A stretch of 37,052 nt of DNA from a virus. Lineage: Duplodnaviria; Caudoviricetes. This document shows, piece after piece, positions 24,821-33,878 of the stretch (position 1 is its first letter; every line of letters begins with the position of its first letter). The notes below the pieces were generated by a model. That model saw only the letters and a list, made by a program, of their open reading frames with translations. It made no database searches and was not told where the DNA came from. Both the position numbers and the translations under genes were made by a program. The DNA is taken from the IMG/VR virus record IMGVR_UViG_3300022179_001077, positions 1 through 37,052 of that record. One strand, written 5' to 3'.

Positions 24821-26649
24821 CCGACGACGAACTCCGCGCTCTTGCCATCAAGATGATGAAGCACCTTGCCACTGGCGAGGCGGCGAAGATTGTCGAGACG
24901 GCTCCTGTCGAGCGCGGGGAACCGAAGGCCGAACCGGTCATTACCGCTGAAGAACGCTCTCTCCTGAACATGCTTGGCGGCCTCTACGCTTGCCAGATGG
25001 AAGCAAAGGTCGTGTCCCTAGCCTCGCAAGGATGCGGGTGTGGCTGCGGGTGTGGCTGCGGTTGTGGGGATGGTGACGGCGGGGATGGAGGCGACGGTGC
25101 CGGAGATGGCGACGGTGCCGGTGGTGGCGAAGGCGGTGGCGAAGGCGGTGGCGAAGCTGGCGGTGAGGCTGGTGGAGAAGCTGGCGGTGAGGCTGGTGGC
25201 GAAGCTGGCGGTGAGGCTGGTGGCGAAGCTGGCGGTGAGGCTGGTGGAGAAGCCGGTGGCGAGGCTTCTGGCGAAGCTGCGGACGCTGGCGACCCAAGTG
25301 CCGCTGATAGTTATTCGTCTTCAGACCAAGATGCTGCGGCCCCTGACGCCCAAGAAGCCAGCCAGCAATCCGATCTGTCCGACCTGAGCCCGGAAGCCGC
25401 GGCATGGGCCGCGAACAATACGGCGGATCCAAACGCACAGGATCAAGAGACCGTTTCTGACTATGTCGGCATTGATGCAGCTATCTCTACGGCCCCCGCT
25501 GGGTTTGGCCTTTCTGCGGCAGGATCCCCCTCTGGCATGGCGGGCGCGGGTTCTGAAGGCATGGGCGAAGGTCCGGGCGCAGGCCCCGGCGATGGCGAAG
25601 GCATGGGAGGCAGTGGCGGCAACGAGGGGTCGGGTCTGGCCTCAAGCATAGCTTCGTTCTTTGGTAACATTTCGGCCCCGGACTTCAGCAAGTTCACCGT
25701 CAACCCCGTCGTCCAGCAACCCCAGATTGCTCCGATGGAAACGCGCGGTTCGACCCAGACGGGTAATGCTCCGGCCAGCAATGTTGCTACCGGTCCGTTT
25801 GGTGTGACCTACGGCCAGACTACCTCGCAACCGTTTCAGGGTAGCCCGATCTCCGTTGCCCCACCGCAAACAGCACAGGCTCCCATGACGATGCCGGAGC
25901 TTTCTCCTGTGTCGCCCTATGTGAGCACGCCGCAGATTGCGACCCCTGCTCCGGCCCCAGCCGCACCGTCGTTTGCACAGGCGACAACTTCTGTCACCGC
26001 CCCCACCGTCGTGACAGACAACCTTGCGGCGCAGATTGCGGCGATTAACAATCAACTCTCTTATGGCCCCGGTGTTCAGATCGGAACCAGCCCCGGACAA
26101 TTTGGAGTTCCGACATCTCTTGGTCCGGAGATCGAAGTCGCGTCCCTTCCCGTCGCGCCGCCGCAGTCTCCTCAATATGGCGTCCCAGAAGATCTCGGCC
26201 AGCTCATCGATGTTCCCACTCTAAACGTCGCAGACACCTTCACCGATGTCGGGCAGGCAATGGCTCAAGCCGGAACCCCGTCGTCTACGAGTGCAACCGC
26301 CGGGTCGGCGACCGGCACAACGGGCGATACGTCTGCGGACATGACCGACACGGGCGGGGACGGCACGCTTCCCCCTCCTCCCGTGCAAGTTGCCGGTACG
26401 GACGCAGCAGCGCAGGCTGCGGCTTCGGCCACGCAGAACCTTGCTCTCAACACCTCTGCCTTGTCTAATTTGGCCAATTTCGTATCAACTCAGAACGTCG
26501 CTGTTACGCCGGGCGTCACCCCATATGTGGGTCTCCCTGCTGCAGCCGCGACTGGCGCGCCCGCATCCACCCCGGTTCCAGACTTCGGGGCTGTCAGCTA
26601 TCCAACAGGGTCAACGTCGTCCGGATCGTCTGGTTCCGGAACAGCCTAA
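24817..26649 (+). CDS. Low-complexity acidic protein with (GC)6 tract and GGEA repeats
   Basis: 610-aa ORF coupled by ATGA, rich in G/A/S/T/P/D/E. Confidence 0.7.
   Translation: MTDDELRALAIKMMKHLATGEAAKIVETAPVERGEPKAEPVITAEERSLLNMLGGLYACQMEAKVVSLASQGCGCGCGCGCGCGDGDGGDGGDGAGDGDGAGGGEGGGEGGGEAGGEAGGEAGGEAGGEAGGEAGGEAGGEAGGEAGGEASGEAADAGDPSAADSYSSSDQDAAAPDAQEASQQSDLSDLSPEAAAWAANNTADPNAQDQETVSDYVGIDAAISTAPAGFGLSAAGSPSGMAGAGSEGMGEGPGAGPGDGEGMGGSGGNEGSGLASSIASFFGNISAPDFSKFTVNPVVQQPQIAPMETRGSTQTGNAPASNVATGPFGVTYGQTTSQPFQGSPISVAPPQTAQAPMTMPELSPVSPYVSTPQIATPAPAPAAPSFAQATTSVTAPTVVTDNLAAQIAAINNQLSYGPGVQIGTSPGQFGVPTSLGPEIEVASLPVAPPQSPQYGVPEDLGQLIDVPTLNVADTFTDVGQAMAQAGTPSSTSATAGSATGTTGDTSADMTDTGGDGTLPPPPVQVAGTDAAAQAAASATQNLALNTSALSNLANFVSTQNVAVTPGVTPYVGLPAAAATGAPASTPVPDFGAVSYPTGSTSSGSSGSGTA
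25123..25278 (+). repeat. 13 x 12-bp coding tandem repeat (GGEA/GGEG)
   Basis: GGYGGHGARGSY-type units with mostly synonymous variation. Confidence 0.9.
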
Positions 26650-26660
26650 GGAGAAAACAA

Positions 26661-26861
26661 ATGTCCAAGTTTATTCGTGGCGGCGCTCCCCGCATGAAGG
26701 TACCTACTCCCACCGTTCAGACAAGCCTCGATATTCAGGGCCAAGGCATGGTCCCCTATGCCAAGACCCAAGACGTCCGCATCGAGGCAGCCCCCAAGGG
26801 CGAGCAGACTGCGCGCGGCTTTGGCCTCCAGCTCCGTGCGACCAAGTTCGTTCTTCGGTAA
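26661..26861 (+). CDS. Small basic phage protein
   Basis: AAGGAG SD, with a terminator downstream. Confidence 0.7.
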   Translation: MSKFIRGGAPRMKVPTPTVQTSLDIQGQGMVPYAKTQDVRIEAAPKGEQTARGFGLQLRATKFVLR

Positions 26862-26866
26862 CTAGA

Positions 26867-26893
26867 GCCCTCCCGCAAGGGAGGGTTTTCTTT
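26867..26893 (+). terminator. Rho-independent terminator
   Basis: GCCCTCCC-GCAA-GGGAGGGT followed by TTTCTTT. Confidence 0.85.
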
Positions 26894-26906
26894 ATAGGAC
26901 AACTCC

Positions 26907-27119
26907 GTGTCTGATCTTTACTTTGTTGACAAACTACTTAAGGTTGTCCGCGAGCGGCGGGCCGTGGTCGTTGAAGCGATGACAGAAGGCTCGGTTAACG
27001 ACTTCGCCGCTTACCGTCATCTCCGGGGCAGACTTGAAGTCTGGTCCGAAGTTGAACAGGAAATCCGCCTTCTGCTAAAACGGGAACATCGCGAAGATGA
27101 CGAACCTGATATTGCCTGA
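26907..27119 (+). CDS. Conserved small head-region protein
   Basis: GTG start, G...DF..Y....G motif, upstream of groES. Confidence 0.65.
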   Translation: MSDLYFVDKLLKVVRERRAVVVEAMTEGSVNDFAAYRHLRGRLEVWSEVEQEIRLLLKREHREDDEPDIA

Positions 27120-27570
27120 GCATCTGGCCAAGAAGCTGGAAGCGCAAAAGGAAGAAGCCCCCGCCAACGACCTGTCGCAGGCTTATGTGAAGGCCGAGGA
27201 CCGCGTTCTCGACCCAGAGAAACTCCCTCAATCAGTCCTTGAACGTCTGCCCCAGCCTACCGGCTGGCGTATTCTTGTTCTGCCCTACAAGGGCAAGGCC
27301 AAGACCAAGGGCGACGTTTACCTGCCGGATGAGTATGTCGAGCGCATGAGCTTGGCCACTGTGGTGGCTTACGTTCTGGCGGTCGGCCCTGACTGTTATG
27401 CGGACAAGAACAAGTTCCAGAACGGACCGTGGTGCAAGAAGGGTGATTGGATCATCCTCGGTCGCTACGCCGGAGCCCGCTTCCGTATCGAAGGTGGGGA
27501 AGTCCGCATCATCAACGATGACGAGGTCATCGCAACCATCGCTGATCCTGACGATATCATGAACGTCTGA
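27097..27570 (+). CDS. groES: Phage co-chaperonin GroES-like
   Basis: PTGWRILV, KTKG.VYL, VLAVGPD, GD.I...RYAG, RIINDDEVIA. Confidence 0.9.
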   Translation: MTNLILPEHLAKKLEAQKEEAPANDLSQAYVKAEDRVLDPEKLPQSVLERLPQPTGWRILVLPYKGKAKTKGDVYLPDEYVERMSLATVVAYVLAVGPDCYADKNKFQNGPWCKKGDWIILGRYAGARFRIEGGEVRIINDDEVIATIADPDDIMNV

Positions 27571-27593
27571 GGCAGCGCACTTAGGAGCAAGTC

Positions 27594-28484
27594 ATGGCAG
27601 CAGAACAGGAAAAAGAAGAGGCCCTTGAGGTGATCGTCGATGACGCCGCCCCGGAGGCAGAGGTCAAGGAAGAACCGAAAGTCGAGGCAAAAGCGGAAGA
27701 AAAGCCCGCTGAAGCCAAGTCCGATCCTGAGAAGGACGACCTTGACCAGCAGTCTGAGTCGGTCCGCAAGCGCATCGACAAACTGACCTACCGTCTGCGG
27801 GAAGCCGAGCGTCGCGAGCAGGCCGCCCTCGATTTTGCAAAGAGCCTCAAGCAAGAGGTCGATACCTACAAGACGAAGGCCGACACTCTGGACAAGAACC
27901 TTGTTCAGGAGTTCGACAACCGCCTGAAGGTGCAGGAGACTCTGGCCAAGGACAAACTCAAGTCCGCCATCGACATGAACGACGTTGAGGCTCAGATCGA
28001 AGCCCAGCGGATGATTGCCAGCTTGGCGATTGAGAACGAGCGTCTGCGCGTCCAGAAGCTTCGTCAGGAGCAGGAAGCCGCAGCGCCTCCTCGCCCAGAA
28101 CCCGCCTACACCCCGCCCCAGCCAGAAACCCGTCCGGATCCAAAGGCTCAGGCATGGGCAGACCGCAATCAGTGGTTTGGTGCTGATGAGGTGATGACGC
28201 TGGCAGCGTTTAACTTCCACAAGAAGCTTGTTGAGGTCGAAGGCTTCGATCCCACCAGCGACGATTACTACGGTGAGTTGGACCGTCGGATTCGCTCTGA
28301 GTTTCCGCACAAGTTCCAGCAAGCCAAGCCACAGGCTCAATCTCCTGTTGCATCTGCCCGTCCCGCTGCGCGCTCAGACGGCAAGAAGCAGGTACGCCTG
28401 ACCCCCTCACAAGTTGCTATTGCCAACCGCCTTGGAGTTAGCCTAGAATCCTACGCTAGGCAGATCCAGAAACTTCAGGGTTAA
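27594..28484 (+). CDS. Putative scaffolding protein
   Basis: Acidic N-terminus, long coiled coil, upstream of capsid genes. Confidence 0.65.
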   Translation: MAAEQEKEEALEVIVDDAAPEAEVKEEPKVEAKAEEKPAEAKSDPEKDDLDQQSESVRKRIDKLTYRLREAERREQAALDFAKSLKQEVDTYKTKADTLDKNLVQEFDNRLKVQETLAKDKLKSAIDMNDVEAQIEAQRMIASLAIENERLRVQKLRQEQEAAAPPRPEPAYTPPQPETRPDPKAQAWADRNQWFGADEVMTLAAFNFHKKLVEVEGFDPTSDDYYGELDRRIRSEFPHKFQQAKPQAQSPVASARPAARSDGKKQVRLTPSQVAIANRLGVSLESYARQIQKLQG

Positions 28485-28494
28485 GGAGCCGATC

Positions 28495-28950
28495 ATGGAC
28501 CGCACACCCCGTTCTGAAACTGCTAAAACCAAGACTGCCCGCGTACAGGCTTGGAAACCACCGTCCACTTTGGACGCCCCTCCCCCGCCTGCGGGGTACG
28601 CGCATCGTTGGATCCGTATGGAGACCAACGGTTTCGATGACCGGAAGAATCTTTCCGCAAGACTTCGCGAAGGCTTTGAGCTGGTTCGCGCTGAGGAATA
28701 CCCGGACTGGGATCTCCCCTCCATTCAAGACGGCAAACATGCCGGAGTGATTGCAGTCGGTGGCCTAGTGTTGGCGCGTGTTCCGACCGAGATTGTTCAG
28801 CAGCGCAAGGCGTACTACCGTGGGCAGACAAGAGATCAGCTCACAGCCGTAGACAACGACCTGTTGCGGGAACAACACCCTTCCATGCCGATCATTAAAC
28901 CTGACCGGCAAAGCAGAGTCACCTTCGGTGGTCCACGAGACGCCGAATAA
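28495..28950 (+). CDS. Conserved head-module protein
   Basis: WKPPS.L..P...G..HRWIR...REG.E.V motif, with AAGGAG SD. Confidence 0.7.
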   Translation: MDRTPRSETAKTKTARVQAWKPPSTLDAPPPPAGYAHRWIRMETNGFDDRKNLSARLREGFELVRAEEYPDWDLPSIQDGKHAGVIAVGGLVLARVPTEIVQQRKAYYRGQTRDQLTAVDNDLLREQHPSMPIIKPDRQSRVTFGGPRDAE

Positions 28951-28970
28951 CTGAAACAAGGATCTGAGCA

Positions 28971-29597
28971 ATGGCAAACATTGATGCCGCGTTCGGGCTT
29001 CGCCCGTACAACATGCTCGGCGCTGGTGCCAACACCAACGGCAACTCGACGTATTTGATCCAGACTGTTGATCAGGCGGGTACATCTTCGGTGATCTATC
29101 AAGGTTCACCGGTTATCCCCACCAACACAGGTCTGGTTAACATCGTCGGCTCTGCTGCTGGTGGTACGGTTCCGCTGCTGGGCGTTTTCCTCGGTTGCAA
29201 CTACACGGACCTGACCGGCAAGCCGATCTGGTCTCCGAAGTGGCCGGGAACTGCTGCCGTCATGGCAAATACCGTCGCCACTTGCGAAATCGCTTCGCAT
29301 CCTGATCAGCTCTTCCTGATCAACTGCGATGCTGCGATCACGCAAGACGCCGTCCACGAAAACGCAAACTTCGCAACCGCTACCAGCGGCAATGCTACGT
29401 CGGGTCTCTCGACGGCAGAGCTGGCTGTTTCGACGGTTGACGAGGGTTCGGGTTCTGACGTCCTCAACCTCCGTATCGTTGGTTTCTCGGATCAGCCGAG
29501 CAGCGATGATCCGTTGGTTGCCGGTCGTCTGGCCATCGTGATGCTCAACAACCACTTCTACCGTTATTCGACTAACGGTACGAATCAGGGCATCTGA
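28971..29597 (+). CDS. Putative capsid cement/decoration protein
   Basis: MAN.DA.FGLRP, G/A/T-rich beta protein directly before MCP. Confidence 0.65.
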   Translation: MANIDAAFGLRPYNMLGAGANTNGNSTYLIQTVDQAGTSSVIYQGSPVIPTNTGLVNIVGSAAGGTVPLLGVFLGCNYTDLTGKPIWSPKWPGTAAVMANTVATCEIASHPDQLFLINCDAAITQDAVHENANFATATSGNATSGLSTAELAVSTVDEGSGSDVLNLRIVGFSDQPSSDDPLVAGRLAIVMLNNHFYRYSTNGTNQGI

Positions 29598-29609
29598 GGA
29601 GACTGACAC

Positions 29610-30521
29610 ATGGCAATTACTCGTTCACAGCTCCTCAAGGAACTTGAGCCCGGTCTCAATGCCCTCTTCGGCATGGAGTATGACCGTTACGACAACGAGC
29701 ACGCTGAAATCTTCGACACCGAATCCTCGGATCGTGCGTTCGAAGAAGAAGTCATGCTCTATGGCTTCGGTCAGGCACCGGTCAAGGGCGAAGGCTCTGC
29801 CATCGCTTACGACAACGCTGGTGAAGCCTTCACGGCTCGCTACACCCATGAGACCATCGCTCTGGCTTTCGCGATCACCGAAGAAGCCGTGGAGGACAAC
29901 CTCTACGACCGTCTCTCGGCTCGCTACACCCGTGCGCTGGCTCGCTCGATGGCCAACACCAAGCAGGTGAAGGCGGCGGCTGTTCTGAACAATGCGTTCG
30001 ACAGCGCCTACAAGGGCGGCGACGGCGTGGAACTCTGCGCCACCAACCACCCCACCACGGGCGGCGGCAACTTCGCCAACGAACTCGCGACTCCTGCGGA
30101 CCTCAACGAAACCTCGTTGGAACAGGCCCTCATCGACATCGCAGCGTTCATTGACGAACGTGGCCTCAAGATCGCTACTCGCGGCCTGAAGATGATTGTG
30201 CCTTCGGCACTTCAGTTCACCGCAGAGCGTATCCTTGTGTCTGATCTCCGCGTTGGCACTGCCGACAACGACATCAACGCCATCAAGTCCATGGGCCTCC
30301 TGCCTCAGGGCTATCGTGTCAACCACTTCCTCACCGATCCGGACGCTTGGTTCATCAAGACCGACGCCCCGAACGGCCTGAAGCACTTCAATCGCTCTGC
30401 GATGAAGACTTCGCTGGAAGGCGACTTTGAAACGGGCAACGTCCGTTACAAGGCTCGCGAGCGTTACAGCTTCGGTTGGTCTGATCCGCGCGGCATCTTC
30501 GGCTGCCCCGGCGCTGCCTAA
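29610..30521 (+). CDS. Major capsid protein (Mu gpT-like family)
   Basis: MAITRSQLLKELEPGLNALFG...YKARERYSFGWSDPRG, strong codon bias, followed by a terminator. Confidence 0.9.
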   Translation: MAITRSQLLKELEPGLNALFGMEYDRYDNEHAEIFDTESSDRAFEEEVMLYGFGQAPVKGEGSAIAYDNAGEAFTARYTHETIALAFAITEEAVEDNLYDRLSARYTRALARSMANTKQVKAAAVLNNAFDSAYKGGDGVELCATNHPTTGGGNFANELATPADLNETSLEQALIDIAAFIDERGLKIATRGLKMIVPSALQFTAERILVSDLRVGTADNDINAIKSMGLLPQGYRVNHFLTDPDAWFIKTDAPNGLKHFNRSAMKTSLEGDFETGNVRYKARERYSFGWSDPRGIFGCPGAA

Positions 30522-30528
30522 TCCAAAG

Positions 30529-30556
30529 AAGGGAGGGTTTACGCCCTCCCTTTTCT
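30529..30556 (+). terminator. Rho-independent terminator
   Basis: GGGAGGGT-TTAC-GCCCTCCC followed by TTTTCT. Confidence 0.85.
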
Positions 30557-30574
30557 CTTCTACACTACATCATT

Positions 30575-30645
30575 CCGGGTGAACCGGTTCTACTGACAGC
30601 CCCGGCTGACGCTGCACAGACAGTAGGACCTAATCGTGCAGGAGA
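30575..30645 (+). ncRNA. Pseudoknotted RNA element downstream of MCP (candidate Mu-gpT-DE-like motif)
   Basis: Interleaved pairings 30575-79/30601-05, 30586-95/30621-30 and 30612-17/30636-41, abutting the SD of the next gene. Confidence 0.55.
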
Positions 30646-30651
30646 AATCCT

Positions 30652-31113
30652 ATGGCTTCCACGACTTTTTCCGGCCCCGTTAAGGCTGGCACTATCTCCA
30701 ACACCACTGGCACCACGATTGGCACGAACGTCGCCAACGTCGGCTTTGTCACGATGGTTCAGTCGAAGGCGATTGACATCATCGGCGCGGACGCAACAAC
30801 CACTGTTGGCGTGATCCCGGCCGGTTCGCAGATCATCGACGTCATTCTCGACGTGACGGTTGCCAACGACGATACCGGAACGGCCACTGTCGCTATCGGC
30901 AAGACCGGCAGCACCGCCCTGTTCCTCGCTGCCACCAGCGTCAAGTCCACGGGTCGCACTCGCATCAGCGTTGCCGCTCCGCTTGAGGCTGCTTGGGACA
31001 TTGGCACGTCGGACATCGACATCATTGCGACGTTTGATGCCCAGAATGGCAACGGCACCGCAGGCACGGCCTTCGTCACGGTCCTGTATGCTCAGGGCAA
31101 AGACAACCTCTAA
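30652..31113 (+). CDS. Virion structural protein (decoration/spike-like)
   Basis: MA.TTFSGPVKAG start, T/A/G-rich, after MCP. Confidence 0.7.
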   Translation: MASTTFSGPVKAGTISNTTGTTIGTNVANVGFVTMVQSKAIDIIGADATTTVGVIPAGSQIIDVILDVTVANDDTGTATVAIGKTGSTALFLAATSVKSTGRTRISVAAPLEAAWDIGTSDIDIIATFDAQNGNGTAGTAFVTVLYAQGKDNL

Positions 31114-31128
31114 TAGGAGGCCGCCTCC

Positions 31129-31530
31129 ATGGCCGACGCAGTCGCCACACAGATCCTTGTTGACGACACGCGACGTGCTGTCTTCAAGTTCACGAACATC
31201 TCTGACGGCACTGGGGAAACCGGTGTCGTCAAGATCGACGTGTCTGCCCTCTCCTCGTATCAGGGCAACGCTTGTACCAGTGTTGCTATTCAAGCCCTTG
31301 ACGCCGTTACCGTCGGCTTGGGTTTGACTTTGCTCTGGGACGCCACGACTGACGTTGTCTGTTTGACCCTCGGCGAGAACGACTTCGTGTCCTTTAACTT
31401 TGCTCGCTTTGGTGGTCTCACCAACAATGCTGGCACGGGAAAAACGGGCGATCTCCTCTTTACCACTGTCGGTGCTGGCTCTGGCGACAAGTATACTGTC
31501 GTCATAGAAGTGCTGAAGTACTATGGCTGA
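31129..31530 (+). CDS. Putative virion protein
   Basis: MADAV..Q...D, FTNISDGTGE, TGD..FTT, with AGGAGG SD. Confidence 0.7.
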   Translation: MADAVATQILVDDTRRAVFKFTNISDGTGETGVVKIDVSALSSYQGNACTSVAIQALDAVTVGLGLTLLWDATTDVVCLTLGENDFVSFNFARFGGLTNNAGTGKTGDLLFTTVGAGSGDKYTVVIEVLKYYG

Positions 31531-31538
31531 GGCCTACC

Positions 31539-32324
31539 ATGACGGCTCCTTCATCAGTAACGAGGACCGGTAAAAATGAACCGTGGGAGCTTCAAGTCTC
31601 CCGCGGTCAAATTACTTGGCATGAGTCGGTTACCATCTTTGGGTACAATTCCGACGTTGATCAGGTGATGGAGACTGTCTGGCCGCATGGGGGGCTTCTT
31701 GCTTTCCCGTCTGCTGCGCTACAGATGAGCGTAAGTTCCAGCAGCGCCAACGACACCGCAAACGGAACCGGCGCACGGACCGTCTTCCTTTCCGGTCTGG
31801 ACGCTGGCCATAACACCATCTCCGAGACAATATCGTTGACTGGCCAGACCGCTGTTACGACGGTCAAGTCCTACATTCACGTCAACCAATGCTACGTGGC
31901 GACTGCGGGTTCTCTCGATTCCGCAGCAGGCACGATTTATTTTGGAACTGGCACTGTCACTGCGGGCGTTCCCGCTACGGTCTACGACGTGATCCAGTAC
32001 GACTACAATACCCGCATCACCGGAAGCTACACCATCCCGGCGGGCTACACGGGATATGTATCTCAGGGTCTTTTCTCAACGGGTCAGGCGTCTGGAAGCG
32101 GTCCCGTAACTGGTCGCTTGGTGACACGCGGAACTGACGAGATTCGCCGTACCGCTGCTATCGTCACTCTCAACAACGGCGCTGCGGATTACGTCTTTGA
32201 GTACCCTATCGTTGTTCCTGAGAAGACCACGCTTGAGGCCCAAGCTATCGGGACAGGAAATAACAACGCCTGCTCCTCCATGTTCATCCTTGTGCTCATC
32301 AAAAACAATGCGAGTACGGCCTGA
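31539..32324 (+). CDS. Putative virion protein
   Basis: FGYN.DV, SSS.NDT..GTGARTV...GLD, YTIPAG.TGY. Confidence 0.7.
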   Translation: MTAPSSVTRTGKNEPWELQVSRGQITWHESVTIFGYNSDVDQVMETVWPHGGLLAFPSAALQMSVSSSSANDTANGTGARTVFLSGLDAGHNTISETISLTGQTAVTTVKSYIHVNQCYVATAGSLDSAAGTIYFGTGTVTAGVPATVYDVIQYDYNTRITGSYTIPAGYTGYVSQGLFSTGQASGSGPVTGRLVTRGTDEIRRTAAIVTLNNGAADYVFEYPIVVPEKTTLEAQAIGTGNNNACSSMFILVLIKNNASTA

Positions 32325-32656
32325 TGAAAGCCTCTAGCATCAAGCGCACTGGCGGCACATTGAACTACCGGGGAGTTTCTTTCCCCGGATTCAACAAACC
32401 CCGTGCGTCCACCAACCCCAAGAAAAAGAAAATGGTCCTCGCCAAAAAGGGCGATGAGGTGAAGGTTGTCCATTTCGGTGACGCCTCCATGGGCCACAAC
32501 TATTCTGCGGAAGCCCGCAAGAACTACCTTGCTCGCAGTGCGGGTATCAAAGGCAAGGACGACAAGTTTTCCGCCAACTACTGGGCTCGAAAGGTTCTCT
32601 GGGCTGGACCCGGTGGTTCCAAGAAATCTCCACCCGGAGGGAGCCGCTTCAAATGA
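32324..32656 (+). CDS. Basic conserved phage protein
   Basis: GFNKP...KK.MVLA...VHFGD...ARK...AR...SANYWARK.LW. Confidence 0.7.
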   Translation: MKASSIKRTGGTLNYRGVSFPGFNKPRASTNPKKKKMVLAKKGDEVKVVHFGDASMGHNYSAEARKNYLARSAGIKGKDDKFSANYWARKVLWAGPGGSKKSPPGGSRFK

Positions 32657-32928
32657 GCGTTGGTCTGGACATCATTTGGAACGTCATTCTGACGCTTCTC
32701 GTTGCGCCGATTGCGTGGGCTTTGTCCTATATCAACAAACGCGTAGACGGCGTGGACTCGACAACCAACAACATCTGGAAGACTATCGCAGAGACCCGTG
32801 AAAACATGGCCTCGTCCTACGTGACAAAGACGGATCTGCATAACGACCTCAACCGAATCTTGCAGCGGTTCGACCGACTGGAAGAAAAACTGGATCGCAT
32901 GACAGGAGTCAAACATGATCGGTCGTAA
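32653..32928 (+). CDS. Small membrane-anchored coiled-coil protein
   Basis: N-terminal hydrophobic helix, then YVTK.DL...RFDRLEEKLD. Confidence 0.65.
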   Translation: MSVGLDIIWNVILTLLVAPIAWALSYINKRVDGVDSTTNNIWKTIAETRENMASSYVTKTDLHNDLNRILQRFDRLEEKLDRMTGVKHDRS

Positions 32929-33295
32929 GGACATGAAGCAGGAAACGATGGCCAAGCGCACTCGTGATCGTGCAACGAGCAAGAAAATGATGTCGCCGCG
33001 CAAGAAGATGGACATGGGCATGTCTCCCGGTCCTGATATGGGCGCAGCCTCTGCTCCTCCGATGATGCCCATGGGCATGAAGAAGGGCGGCATGGCCAAG
33101 AAGTCTTTCTCCGGTGTCCCCGCTGAGGCTGCCAAGAAGATGGCTGGCATGAAAAAAAGTGGCAAGGCAAAAACCTATGAGGGTGTCCCCGCTGAAGCCG
33201 CCAAGTTTGCTGGCATGAAGAAGGGTGGCATGGCCAAGAAGGCCAAGGGCGGGATGATGCTGGTCATTGGTATCGGCAAGAAGAAGGGCAAATAA
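32915..33295 (+). CDS. Basic K/M/G-rich protein with internal repeats
   Basis: MKKGGMAKK and GVPAEAAK each duplicated. Confidence 0.65.
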   Translation: MIGRKDMKQETMAKRTRDRATSKKMMSPRKKMDMGMSPGPDMGAASAPPMMPMGMKKGGMAKKSFSGVPAEAAKKMAGMKKSGKAKTYEGVPAEAAKFAGMKKGGMAKKAKGGMMLVIGIGKKKGK

Positions 33296-33296
33296 G

Positions 33297-33563
33297 ATGG
33301 CCAAGCCCAGCGAGAAATACTCCATCGTTCCTCAGGGTCTTCGTGACAAATTCCGCGAGTACAAGCAGCGTGAGCGCATGGAAGACAAGATGGAAGGCGA
33401 AGGCATGGAGGAAGGTTCCTCCGAACAGGATCGTGAGGCCCTGAAGAAGCTGATCGAAGACAGCACTAAAGGCTACGCCAAGGGCGGCATGGTCAAGAAG
33501 AGCAAGGGCCATCGTGGCGATGGCTGCTGCATCAAGGGCCACACCAAAGGAAGGATGTACTGA
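33297..33563 (+). CDS. Small protein with YAKGG and RGDGCC motifs
   Basis: Start MAKPSE immediately after the upstream stop. Confidence 0.6.
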   Translation: MAKPSEKYSIVPQGLRDKFREYKQRERMEDKMEGEGMEEGSSEQDREALKKLIEDSTKGYAKGGMVKKSKGHRGDGCCIKGHTKGRMY

Positions 33564-33564
33564 C

Positions 33565-33717
33565 ATGAAGTGCGGATCTAAGAAATACGCCAAGGGCGGT
33601 ATGGCCAAGTGCGGTGGTTCCGTGACGAAGGCCAAGGGCGGCATGGTCTCCAAGGTCAAGCCCCGTGGTGACGGCTGCTGCGAAGGCAAAGGCAACAAGT
33701 CCTGCAAGGTGTGCTGA
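33565..33717 (+). CDS. Small basic Cys-containing protein
   Basis: Start MKCGSK, with YAKGGM, AKGGMV, RGDGCC. Confidence 0.6.
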   Translation: MKCGSKKYAKGGMAKCGGSVTKAKGGMVSKVKPRGDGCCEGKGNKSCKVC

Positions 33718-33878
33718 TGGCCAAGAAGCCGGTGTGGTCTAAACCCCGCCCCAAGGGTCTTGGCAAGTCCAAGGCCCTAACCCCTTCTCAAAAAGCTGCG
33801 GCGAAAGCGGCAGCGAAGAAGGCAGGACGAGTCTATCCTAATCTCGTTGATAATATGCGAGCCGCGGGGTCAAAATGA
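33717..33878 (+). CDS. 53-aa basic protein (not in ORF track)
   Basis: MAKKPVWSKP...AGRVYPNLVDNM, coupled at both ends. Confidence 0.65.
   Translation: MAKKPVWSKPRPKGLGKSKALTPSQKAAAKAAAKKAGRVYPNLVDNMRAAGSK

Noticed and set aside
24941-25438. Alternative-frame repeat ORFs (VAKLAVRL..., HRQLRHQP...)
   Set aside because: Shadows of the 12-bp GGEA repeat. Variation is synonymous mainly in the 24817 frame.
32653-32928. Holin call
   Set aside because: Single TM helix and no adjacent endolysin, which is insufficient support
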